Shown here: positions 8,003 to 17,500 of the stretch, piece by piece
How the letters are laid out: the number at the start of each line of letters is the position of its first letter
Position numbering within the stretch: the stretch's first letter is position 1
IMG/VR virus record: IMGVR_UViG_3300037515_000743
Coordinates: 1-27,723 of that record
DNA from: a virus
Taxonomy: Duplodnaviria; Caudoviricetes
Length of the DNA stretch: 27,723 nt
Strand: one strand, 5' to 3'
Program-made: the position numbers and the translations under genes
Notes under the pieces: model-generated
What the model saw: only the letters and a program-made list of their open reading frames with translations
Told to the model about the DNA's origin: nothing
Database searches by the model: none

Positions 8003-8017
8003 TTAATGTTCCGTTAG
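8003..8017 (+). promoter_or_regulatory. CtrA-like box upstream of the Flp pilin
   Basis: TTAA-TGTTCCG-TTAG matches TTAA-N7-TTAA with one mismatch, about 55 bp before the pilin ATG. Confidence 0.55.
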
Positions 8018-8070
8018 GACTCGGCGCGGTAACATGGGGCGTTCCGCAGAAACCTTGGAGGATCGAATTC

Positions 8071-8295
8071 ATGCGCGAATTTCTTGTGAGTCTTATCCGC
8101 GACGAGAGCGGCGTTACGGCCATCGAGTACGGCCTGATCGCGGCCCTCATCGCAGTCGTGATCATCGTGGCCGTCACGCTGGTCGGTCAGGAGTTGGCCA
8201 CCACTTTCGACACCATCCAGGGCGCGCTGAAAAACGCCAACGCGACCGAGGACGGAGGTGGTGGTGGCGGCGGCGGGGAGGAAGAAGCCCCATAG
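8071..8295 (+). CDS. flp: Flp/Fap (type IVb/IVc, Tad) pilin with Gly/Glu-rich C-terminal extension
   Basis: LIRDESG|VTAIEYGLIAALIAVVIIVAVTLVGQEL...F is the canonical Flp prepilin cleavage site with the E+5/Y+6 motif; GGAGG RBS at 8057-8061. Confidence 0.93.
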   Translation: MREFLVSLIRDESGVTAIEYGLIAALIAVVIIVAVTLVGQELATTFDTIQGALKNANATEDGGGGGGGGEEEAP

Positions 8296-8370
8296 CAGTA
8301 TCCGTCGCATTGCCCATCCGTCGCGTCGGAGGTCTGCACGTCTACTCCTCCTCCATTGCGGCGGCTCACT

Positions 8371-8403
8371 GGCCCGGTTCCTTCGGGGGCCGGGTCTTCT
8401 TTC
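8371..8403 (+). terminator. Intrinsic terminator of the pilin transcript
   Basis: GGCCCGGTTCC-TTCG-GGGGCCGGGTC stem with a C(UUCG)G tetraloop, followed by TTCTTTC. Confidence 0.7.
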
Positions 8404-9016
8404 AGTCCGGCACGAACAGGGTGAGGCCCATGGCGACGTGCCACACGCTGATATCGGTCCGGCTGAACGGGTCCGGCAGACCCGAGGCGTACGTCCATGG
8501 TGTCCTGTAGTGCTTCTTTGACCCGCTATAGGCCGTGTCGAAATTGCTGCCGCCGCTGAATGCGATCAGGTCCTTGGTCATGCCGCCGATGAAGATGTTG
8601 GCTGGCCCCGTGAAGCTGTGGGGCGTCGGGAGCGTGAATTCGTGAACCGTGCCATCGCGCGCGACGGTTGCCGGCGTCGCCGTAGCCAAGAGAGTCGTCG
8701 CGTTGCCGGGATGAGCCTGGGTGCTATCTGTCCACAGGCCAAGCGTGATCTCGGTGCTCCCCCCGGAGTTCTTGAGCCACATATGGAGCTTGGTGATATC
8801 GCCGCTTTGGGGGATGTGGTAGGCTTGGCAATAGACGAGCCCGGGGCTGAACCGGCGGCCGCTGTTAAGGCTGCCGAAGTCGGATGCGATTGAGTCGAGC
8901 GACACGCCGTAGACGAATTCCGTCCCGCCTCCGACCTCCTCCTCCCCGCCTCCGGCTTCTATCTCTGTCGGGTTCCCCCAAAAGACCGCCCGCGGGGTGA
9001 GGATATTGACGCCCAT
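8402..9016 (-). CDS. Hypothetical beta-rich virion/tail-associated protein (204 aa)
   Basis: Closely follows the tail genes; Gly/Glu linker, then a beta-rich domain (ITLGLWTD...TTLLAT...HEFTLPTP). Confidence 0.6.
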   Translation of the reverse strand: MGVNILTPRAVFWGNPTEIEAGGGEEEVGGGTEFVYGVSLDSIASDFGSLNSGRRFSPGLVYCQAYHIPQSGDITKLHMWLKNSGGSTEITLGLWTDSTQAHPGNATTLLATATPATVARDGTVHEFTLPTPHSFTGPANIFIGGMTKDLIAFSGGSNFDTAYSGSKKHYRTPWTYASGLPDPFSRTDISVWHVAMGLTLFVPD

Positions 9017-9019
9017 CGT

Positions 9020-9388
9020 TCAGGCCGGAACGCCGAAGGCGAAGCCGCCGAGGTAGAACTCCCAATCCGTCCCGCCGTCCTCGGTGCGCAGCATGAAGAC
9101 CAGATTCTGGTCGGGGTCGGGCGGGATGGGAATCTCGATCCCCTCCGAGTATTGCACCGACGCCGGCAGACCGAACGTGTGGCTGCCGGTGCCGTCCTGG
9201 GTGGCCCTGATCGTCACCGTGACGACTTCGCCGGACGGCACGTTGGCGAAGGTGATGGTGGTGTTCCCTGTCAGAACCATCTTGAAGAAGCGCGCCACAT
9301 CGAGATCGAGCTCGACCGCGCCGCTGACGTTGCCGAGGTCCTCGGGCAGGGCTTCCTTGACAAGATCAAGGGGAACTTTCGTCGTCAT
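9020..9388 (-). CDS. Tail-fibre-associated small beta-sandwich protein
   Basis: VELDL...FFKMVLTGNTTITFANVP...TQDGTGSH...TEDGGTDW is a pattern typical of phage tail accessory domains. Confidence 0.65.
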   Translation of the reverse strand: MTTKVPLDLVKEALPEDLGNVSGAVELDLDVARFFKMVLTGNTTITFANVPSGEVVTVTIRATQDGTGSHTFGLPASVQYSEGIEIPIPPDPDQNLVFMLRTEDGGTDWEFYLGGFAFGVPA

Positions 9389-9391
9389 CGG

Positions 9392-10075
9392 CTACCCTCC
9401 GTCTACCGGCGGCGGCAGATCGTCCGGCCACAACGCCTTCAAAGCCCGCGGGTTGGCCCCCCTCGCGAGGTCGAAGGTCCGGGGGATATCGCGGAGCTTC
9501 TTCTTCCGCTGCACGATCTCGACCTGCCTGGGCTTGTCGTCGTCCTCGATGGCGCGGAGGTGCTCCACGTCCAGCCGTTCCAGTTCCTTGTTCCTGACGG
9601 CCCGGATGCGATCCATGTGGATCGCCCTGGCCTTGCCCATGCCGACCCGCGCCGCCGTCCGGGTCTGGGGATCGGTGTCGCGCTCCCAAGCGTCGCGGAA
9701 TTCATCCCGCTCGGGCAGGTCCCGGGTCGAGCATTCGGCCACGTCGCGGGCATCGCTCGGCACCCACTTGGCCCGCATGCGCTCCATGAATTCGTCGTCG
9801 GTTTCCGGGCGAAGGGCCGAATCGTGGGTCAGGACGCGCTCGGCCAGGCCCCCGTTCTTGGGAATGGCATCGACCAGCTTGATGCCGTCCACTTCGCCCA
9901 CACCCGGCCCCACGCGGACGGCGGCATAGAGGAACTTCCCGTCCTTCCTGGCCCCGGGGCCGGCGAAGCGCGTCACGGCGTCCTCGCGGAGTTTCTTCTG
10001 CCGCGCCTTCTCGGCTGGCACGATGACGCCCACGCCCCCATCGGGGCGGGCGTAGACGATGCGGCGGTCTGTCAT
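9392..10075 (-). CDS. Tail fibre assembly chaperone-like protein
   Basis: RIVY..PDGGVGVIVPA, DLPERDEFRDAW, R.VRN.ELERLD, KKKLRDIP and LKALWP motifs; coupled to the tail fibre stop. Confidence 0.7.
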   Translation of the reverse strand: MTDRRIVYARPDGGVGVIVPAEKARQKKLREDAVTRFAGPGARKDGKFLYAAVRVGPGVGEVDGIKLVDAIPKNGGLAERVLTHDSALRPETDDEFMERMRAKWVPSDARDVAECSTRDLPERDEFRDAWERDTDPQTRTAARVGMGKARAIHMDRIRAVRNKELERLDVEHLRAIEDDDKPRQVEIVQRKKKLRDIPRTFDLARGANPRALKALWPDDLPPPVDGG

Positions 10076-11169
10076 GCCGATATCCCTCCGAAGATTGCGA
10101 GGTCGCCAACGGTCGTGTCGTAGTTGGTTCCATTGTTGTCCTGCGAAACAATGTTCGTGTTGCTGATATTCTTGGCTATTGGGGTGAATGGATAGGTGGT
10201 GTCGCCCGGCGTGCCGCGCCTGGCCGAGGAGACCAGAGAGTAGTTGATGTTGTCAAAGTTGGTGGTGAAGTTCACCGTATAATTGCCCGTCCCGTTGTCG
10301 GTGACGGAATCGACGCCAACATCGTCGTTGATCGCCACCGTGCCGCTGCCATTGAAGCTCAACCAGACATTGGCGGCCTCGCCCGTCGAAACAGCATCGA
10401 TCTCATTCTCGAGCTCGTCGATAGCAGCCTGAACGTCGGTCGCAGTAAGGCCGCTGGTGGCATTGTCATAGGAGATATCGGCAGCGGACAGCGCATCGAG
10501 AATCGCCAGCGCGCCGAGACCCAGCACGTTGCGGATGTTGGCGGCGTCGGTGGCGTCGATCTTGGAGGCGTTCACCGTGCCGGCGGCTGGGGTCCCGATC
10601 CCCAGCGGCTCGACCCATACGGCCTCGACCTGCTCCACATTCGCCGGGATCGCCACATCGAAGGTGACGACTCCCGTCGTGGTGTTGTAGCTCCATTCCG
10701 TTCCCTGTTGGTGATCGCCGTCGAAGTAGATGGTGAGCGCATCCCCGGAGCTCGGGATCGGGGTCTCGGTGATGGTCAGCGTCGTGGTGGTGCCGGCCGT
10801 GTAATCGACGCCATCCACGAAGACCTGCTTGGACTGCGTGATGACCGTGCCTTCTTCCTCCTCTACGGTCCCGCCGATCACGGGGTCCGCCGTCCAAATC
10901 TGGATATGGTCCTCCAGGTCAGCGCCGCCGTCGCCGGCATCGGTGAGGACGACCTTGTAGTTGAGCGGCCGGAGCCAGATGTTGGAGAACCGCCCCGCCG
11001 AGTCGGCCACGACCGGGTTGGCGTTCTCGATGGACAGGTCCTCGTCGGCATAGGTTTGGAGGGGTGTCGTGCTGCCGCTCTCGTAGAACCACAGCTTGGC
11101 TCCGGGCAGGAATTCCCCGTCCACGCCATGGGCGGTCTGGAACGGCATCACGAAGCGTCTGGCGGCCAT
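10072..11169 (-). CDS. Tail fibre/tailspike with N-terminal virion-attachment domain
   Basis: GAKLWFYESGSTTP...NANPVVADSAGR N-terminus; C-terminal WLSFNG...VDSVTDNGTGNYTVNF fibre domain. ATG 11169 with a GGGAG RBS (alternative 11181). Confidence 0.8.
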   Translation of the reverse strand: MAARRFVMPFQTAHGVDGEFLPGAKLWFYESGSTTPLQTYADEDLSIENANPVVADSAGRFSNIWLRPLNYKVVLTDAGDGGADLEDHIQIWTADPVIGGTVEEEEGTVITQSKQVFVDGVDYTAGTTTTLTITETPIPSSGDALTIYFDGDHQQGTEWSYNTTTGVVTFDVAIPANVEQVEAVWVEPLGIGTPAAGTVNASKIDATDAANIRNVLGLGALAILDALSAADISYDNATSGLTATDVQAAIDELENEIDAVSTGEAANVWLSFNGSGTVAINDDVGVDSVTDNGTGNYTVNFTTNFDNINYSLVSSARRGTPGDTTYPFTPIAKNISNTNIVSQDNNGTNYDTTVGDLAIFGGISA

Positions 11170-11182
11170 GGTCGCTCCCATG

Positions 11183-11204
11183 AAAAAGCCCCGTTCCCGG
11201 GGCT
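11183..11204 (-). terminator. Hairpin plus U-tract just upstream of the tail fibre gene
   Basis: Minus strand reads AGCCCCG-GGAA-CGGGGCT-TTTT. Confidence 0.55.
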
Positions 11205-11261
11205 GGTTGCGTCGTGGGGTCTGGTTCGGCTACGCTCGGCCCCCACGAACGGGAGGCCCCC

Positions 11262-11390
11262 ATAAGGATCGATCTGGAACGGCTGCGCCGATTGGCCCGG
11301 TGGCTCGATATCCAGGACAGCGACAGCGCCATCCTGTTCGCCTGTTTCGTGTTCCTGGCGCTCGCCGTGATCTACAGGGTCGTCTTCTGA
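11262..11390 (+). CDS. Tiny single-TM membrane protein (about 42 aa; ATA start, or GTG at 11214)
   Basis: GGGAGG at 11251-11256 precedes ATA-AGG-ATC-GAT...AILFACFVFLALAVIYRVVF-TGA; the TGA overlaps the next ATG (TGATG). Confidence 0.5.
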   Translation: MRIDLERLRRLARWLDIQDSDSAILFACFVFLALAVIYRVVF

Positions 11391-11572
11391 TGGACCCTTT
11401 CGCCGAGCCCCTGCGGTTCGCGCTCTATACCGGGGCCGGCGTGGCGCTGGTCGTCTCCTCCGCGTTCGGGGGCTACAGGGCGGCGCAGACTGCCGGCATC
11501 GACCCCGGCATCGGGGCCTTTGTCGGCGTCGTCGTCGGGGTCGCGAGCGGTCTTCTATACCTCAGTCCTTGA
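11390..11572 (+). CDS. Small two-TM membrane protein (60 aa)
   Basis: MDPFAEPLRFALYTGAGVALVVSSAFGGY...GIGAFVGVVVGVASGLLYLSP; coupled to the upstream ORF and convergent with the giant gene. Confidence 0.6.
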   Translation: MDPFAEPLRFALYTGAGVALVVSSAFGGYRAAQTAGIDPGIGAFVGVVVGVASGLLYLSP

Positions 11573-14500
11573 ATGTCTGGCGCTCGCGCTCGTCGATGCG
11601 ATCCAGCTTGCCCTCGATACTTCTCACGCCCTCCTCCCACGCCCCCTCTGAGATGATCCGGCGCTGGCGCAGCCGGTCGAGACGGCGCGACTCGGCGTTG
11701 AGGGCCCGGCGCTGCTTGTCGAACTCGTAGGCGCGCCATTCGAGGTTCTGCTCAACGTCCTGCGGCTTGAGCTTGACGCCGAAGGACGATGCCACCGCCT
11801 CGGGTACGGGGTACTGCCGGCCTTGCGGGTCGACGGCATCGGAAATGGCGAGGCCGATCTTGTTCCAGTACCAGGACCAGGGCACCCACGCCGCCGACGG
11901 CATCCACGACTTCCACAGGAAATCGCCCGTCTTCCCGACGCGCTCCATGGGCGTGTCCGTCAGTTCGTTCACGATATCGTCGCCCGTGAACGCCGACCTG
12001 CTGAGCGCGAGCTCCATGGCCAGCATGATGGGCCCGCCCATACCCAAGGGCGCAGGGAGGCTGATCGCGCTGTGCCCCTGGTTGATGTCGAAGATGTCGC
12101 CGGCCGGGATCCACCGCCGAACATCCAGGAACACAGGGTTGCCATGGGCGTCCCGGTAGGGCATGCGGAGCATCCTGGGCGTTCCGACCCAGGTGTAGCC
12201 CCGCTCCTCGTCGCGGATCGAACGGCGCTCCTTGTCCTCGTCGCCCGGCTCCATCATGTAGGCGAGGTAATTTGCCGCCTGGGCTATGAGGAAATACTTG
12301 GCCAGCTTCCACGGGCGGAGCGACAGCGACTGCGCGATCACGGGAACGGCGCGATACGTGTAGGCGATGAAGGGAAGAACGGTGCGGCGGGCCTTGTTCA
12401 CCCACGGCGCGCGGATGTCGTAATCGAGGAATTGCTGGCGCGCCTGCAAGGCCGAGTCTTCGACTTCCTCTCCCAGCGACCGACGCCGCATGTAGGTGGC
12501 CATGCGGAAGACCTCATCCTCGATCCGGTACATATCGATCATCTTCCGGTCGGCCGCCTTGCCGGCGTCCCAAATCGCCGTGACGATCCTGCCCATGAGC
12601 CCGAATTTCGCCATGGCCGGGTTCCTGCCGCCCGCCATCTCGCGCTGTAGATCGTTCAGGATCGGACCGAAGACGTTGCGCTTCATTTCCTGGCTGATGA
12701 TGTCGGCACCGAAGGCCCCGTTTTCCTTGGCCTCAATGAAATCCGCCGTCTCGCCTACATAGGCGTGGAGGCCGCGCACCAGGTCCTGCATCCGCACGTC
12801 CGCGAGGTCCATGAACATCACGTTCGACATGATGTTGTTCATGTGGACGACGGGGGATCTGGCAGTCTTGTTGAGCTTCCATTGCGTGAGAATCTGCGTC
12901 CAGAAATTGGGGCGCGCCATGATGTCGATCTCGTTGAGGTCGCGCCAGATCTCGGGCCTGACGTACTTGCCGGCGAGCGCGCCCCAGCGCTTCTTACCGC
13001 CCGTATTGGGGATGTCGGTGTCGGGCACCTTGACCCACTCGACCGTTTGATCGTTCCACAGGCGGCGGAACTCCGCGGCATTGACCCACTTCTGGTTGGG
13101 TATGTCGCCGCGCGTCCATTCCTGATTGAGGGCGATGTCGCGGTAGAACCGGCCCGTGGCGAGGTCGTTGGCCATCAGCATGAAGGTCTTGCCGATGGTG
13201 TAGCGCGCGTCGAGGATTTCCCCCATGCGCTCGCGCTCGGCCTTGGTGTAGTCGCGCCACAGCGTCACTTTGTTCTTCCCTGCGGCGCGCACTTCCCACA
13301 CGCCGCGATCCGTCATGCCCTTGAAGCGCTCGGGCACGGGCTTGTCGGCGGGCCAGTAGACGCGGCGCTCGACCTTGGGCGCGGCGGGGGCGACGTTCTC
13401 GAACTCGCCCTGATCCGGGATCTGGTCAAGGATGCGGAACTTCTCGCCCTTCACGGGGAGGCCGCGCTTGGCCTCCGCGAACTCCTGCATGTCGCGCATG
13501 AGCCTGGCGTTTTCTACTTCCTGGAACATGCCCCGGCCCTTGAGCGCGTCCCCCTGGATGCGCTTGCGCTTGTTGCCCATGAAATTGGAGAACCACCGGG
13601 AAAGGGTCGGCTGGTCGCCCTCGTCCTTCATGTAGACACGGTGGAGATAGGTGCCGCGGTTGCGCTCGTAGGACTCCGGGGAGACAAGGCCAAGGGACAC
13701 CGCCTCGGCCCCCAATTCGTCGATGGCTTGACGGACCGGCCCCGACAGTTTCTCCCACTCCGCGCTCGGGATCTCCTCGCCCGTGAGGATGGCCTGCAAC
13801 ACGCGGGCCTCCTCCGGCCCGATCTTCTGCTCCTTGATGGTCTTGAGAATTTCGACGCCCTTTTGGGCGATCTCGCGCTTCTCCAAGTCCACGCGGCGCT
13901 CGCGCTTGACGTACTCGGGCGCGAGGCCGTAGCGGTCGATGAGGCCGGCACGGGCCGCCTCCATGGGGCCGTTGAGCCACGCGAAACGCCCCTCGGGATT
14001 GAACTTCTTCCCGACGATGGCCTTGGCGGCACGGTCGTACATCTTCAAGCCGGGCTTCCACTCCCCCTTCTCATTGATGCCGCCGAACCAGTCGAAGGGG
14101 ATGCGGAGAACGCGGTCCAAAGGCTCGCCCCGGGCGATGAAGCCCTGCATGGCGCGCTGGCGGTTGGCGGGGGTGTCGGGGTCGTCGGGCCTTGGCACGG
14201 ATGGGACGCTGCCGCGCTCGCCCTCGCGCATGGCGAAGGCCGGCTCCATCTCTCCACCGATTCCCCGCTCGGCCCGTGCCGCCCTCAGCCCGACCTCGCC
14301 CCGCTCGATCCGGCCGAACACGCTCTCCCAGGTGTTGAAGCCGGCGCCGCGGAAGGCGTTGCGGATGGCTTCGAGCGCGCGGCGGATGGCGTCGAAGACG
14401 CGGCCCACCGTACCGCCCACCCTCCGGGGCCCGCGCATGTGGGACCTGAATCCCTCGGCCACGGCCTCCTCGACAATCTGCTCCTCGGTCAGATTCTGAT

Positions 14501-17500
14501 CTGCCCACCGCTCGCGGATGCGGTGTTCCTTGATCCACGACTTCCTGGCCTGGATTTCCAGCGCGCGCCACTCCTTCGGCGTAATCATGTTGAGGCGCCG
14601 CATGGCGTGGATGACCTCATGGTGGAGGGCGCCCAGCTTGTCGGCGGCATCGAGCGCCACCGAAATGACGCGGCGCAGATACATGGCGTCGGCCTTGCCG
14701 CCATGGATGGAGGGGGGCAGCGCGAGGCCCACCCGGCGAAGCCCGAGACGGTCCAGTTCCACGCGCAGCTCGGCGCGGATGCCCGGCCAGGCGTCGGTGG
14801 ATTCTTGAGTGGTGGTCTCGGGGGAACGGGCACGACGGGCGAAGGCCGGGCCTTCCTCCGCAATTTCTACATTGATGCTGCCGCCAGACTCGCCCACGTT
14901 GATGCGGAAATCCGCCCTCCCGCTCGGGAACTGATCGTCCAGCACCAAGCGCGCTGGATTCACTCGGATGGGGAGAACCGTATCGCCGTACCCGCCGCCG
15001 GAAGGGTCGGTGGTGAGGTACACATCGGGTTCGGCATCGGCTTTCAGACGGCCGGTTTTTCTGATTTCCTCAGCGCCCTGCTGGGTAGTGCCGTGGTACA
15101 GGGCAACGGTCCCATCATCGTTCATGGGCAGATCAACGCCCTGAATATTGATGGTTCGTCCTGTAGTGCGGCGAAGCGCGAAGGCCGGGCCTTCCTCGCC
15201 CCCCGGGCTTGCAGGTGCATCTTCCCTGCCGATGGGGTTCTCGCGTTCCCAAGCTCCGAGTTCTCTTTCATCGGGCATCGTCGAGTGGTCGCGCGGCGGT
15301 CCGGTCGGCGCACCATCCTTGTCAACCTCCTGGACCGTCACCGACCAGCCGCCGATTCCTTCCTCGCGGTTGAACGAGAGGACCTTGTCGTAGGCTTTCC
15401 AATAGCTGGAAAAGACGATGCGGCCCGGTCGGAAATAGTTCTCCAACCTATCGATTTGGTCCGGTTTCCTGGCGCGCCGTCTCGGCCGCTGCGCTCGGCC
15501 GCGCGTTTCGGCTTTGGCCGGCTCAGACCCTCTCCCCGCATCTTCCACCAGATCCCGCTGTGCGCCCGGGCGGGCCTCGGGATCGAACAGGGGCGCGCCT
15601 TCGAGGCCGCGTTGCTCGGCCTCGGAACGCAAGGGCTCGCCCATGCGCCGCCCGACCTGTTCCCGCTCCGAGATGCGCTCGGCGCCGGGAAGGACGGTCT
15701 GCTCGCCCTGGTCGGTCTGCTCGGTGGCGGGCTTCGGAACCGCGACCTCTTTCACCTTGCTCGTCGCGTCGGTGTCGAGGTCTTCGCGCGATTCTCCCGC
15801 CAGGATGATCGGCCCCGAATAGGGTGCGACCTTGGCGAGGTCCACGTCGCCCGCGTCGTAGGTAATGGTGATGTGCGGCTTGTAGCCTGGGAAGTCCCAC
15901 GACGCCCCGGCGTCGCGGTAGGCCTGCCAACGTTCGGTGAGGGCTTTAGCTTCGAAGCGCAGCACCACCCCGCCCTCGTCGCCCAGCTTCTCGACCGTGC
16001 GCGCGCCGCCCTCGACGCGCTCGATGGCCGAGCCCTCCCCGGCGGCATCCCACACCACGGGCTCGCGCGAGAACGCGACGGTGACGTGCATGTCGTCGGC
16101 GGGAAGGGTGATCTTGAAGCCCTGGGACGCCGCCCAGGCGATGATGTCGGCGGCGTTGGCGACCGGGCGGTTGACGTAGAGCGGCCTGGCTACGCCTTCT
16201 TGCGCGCCTTCCGGGCTTCGGCCGCCTTCATCAGGCGCGCGGTCCTGGCCGCCTTCCGCCTCTCGCGGTCGTCCAGTGCCCTGAGGAGCCGCGCCGACCG
16301 CAGGGCCCGCTTCTTGAGTGGGGTGCTCACCCGCTGGTCTTCCGCCCCGCGCTCCAACAGGCTCGCGAGCCCGGGCCGGTCCAGCTTCCTCGAAGGGTAT
16401 ATCCTCGTATTGGGCATTTCCGGTTTCCTCGGCCAGGCGCTCGGCGTCCTGGATGGCACGGCGCTCAATATACTCCCCGACCGCAGATTCCGCATCCATT
16501 TCCTGTGAAACCATGAGCCGGACGACTTCATCGGCTTCCCCGTCGGTCAGGGCTTCGCCCATGTCGGTGGCCGTGTCCTGGACCTCCCAACGGGCCTGTT
16601 CGTTGCGGTCCTCCGTCTCCTCGGCCTCGCGTCTGGCCTGTTCGGAATCGGCCCCTTCCGGCGTCATGCGGTTCTCGCGCAGGGCCTCATAGAGGTCGGA
16701 AACGGTCGCCCCTTCGGGGAGATAGCCGCGTTCGACGGCCCATTCCAGCCGGTAGTCTGGCGAGCGCGTCGAGGCGCCCCGCATCCCGGCGATGAGCGCC
16801 CCTTGCTGCCCGGGGGCGGTGACCACGAGGCGCGGCATCCCTGGCTTCCCGACATGCCAGCGTTGGAGATCCGCGGCCCGGAGCTCGCCGCCCGGATCCG
16901 TGATTCCGCCGTCGCGCGCGATGGCTTCGGCCAGGCCCATGGGGCCCTTCCTGACCGGCCCGCCGCGCTTCCTCCCGGCCTCGGCGCGGTTGACCGTGAC
17001 CTGGGTCTGGCGGTTGACCTCCTCGGCCACCGCGGCGTTCTCCTCGGGCGTCCCGTCGCGCAGCCGCATCGTCCACTGGCGGCCTTCCCGGCGGATGCCG
17101 ATGCGGTTGCCAAAACGATCCCTGAGCCTCCCCCGTGCCCGTTCCAGGATGGCGTGCTGTTGACCGCGGTTCCCATAGGTGGCGGTGTGAATGTTGGGGG
17201 CCGGCCCCGGTGCGGGGCTCGGCTCAAGTGTCGGTTGTGGGACTGGTGCCGGGGTCGCCTCGGGGGAGCCCTCCTGCGGCGGGACGCGGGCCATCTGCTC
17301 GCCCGTCTCCATGTCCATGCGAATCTCGAGGCCCGGCGGCAACACCGCGCCCTTTGGGACGGTCTGCCATTCCCGCGTCGGCTCCCATCGGGCCGCGGCT
17401 TCGCGGTCGGCGGCGTTCCACGCGGCCTCGGCGGCGATCTCCTCGGCGGTGCGCTCGTCCTCGAGATCCCGGGCGAGATCCTCGCGGGTGCGGGGCGGTT

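Noticed and set aside
7915-8070. Longer 126-aa version of the pilin ORF
   Set aside because: Flp prepilins have short leaders, and the GGAGG RBS supports ATG 8071.
8254-8277. GGN trinucleotide run as a phase-variable repeat
   Set aside because: The run is in frame and uses mixed codons (GGA/GGT/GGC/GGG); it simply encodes a poly-Gly linker.
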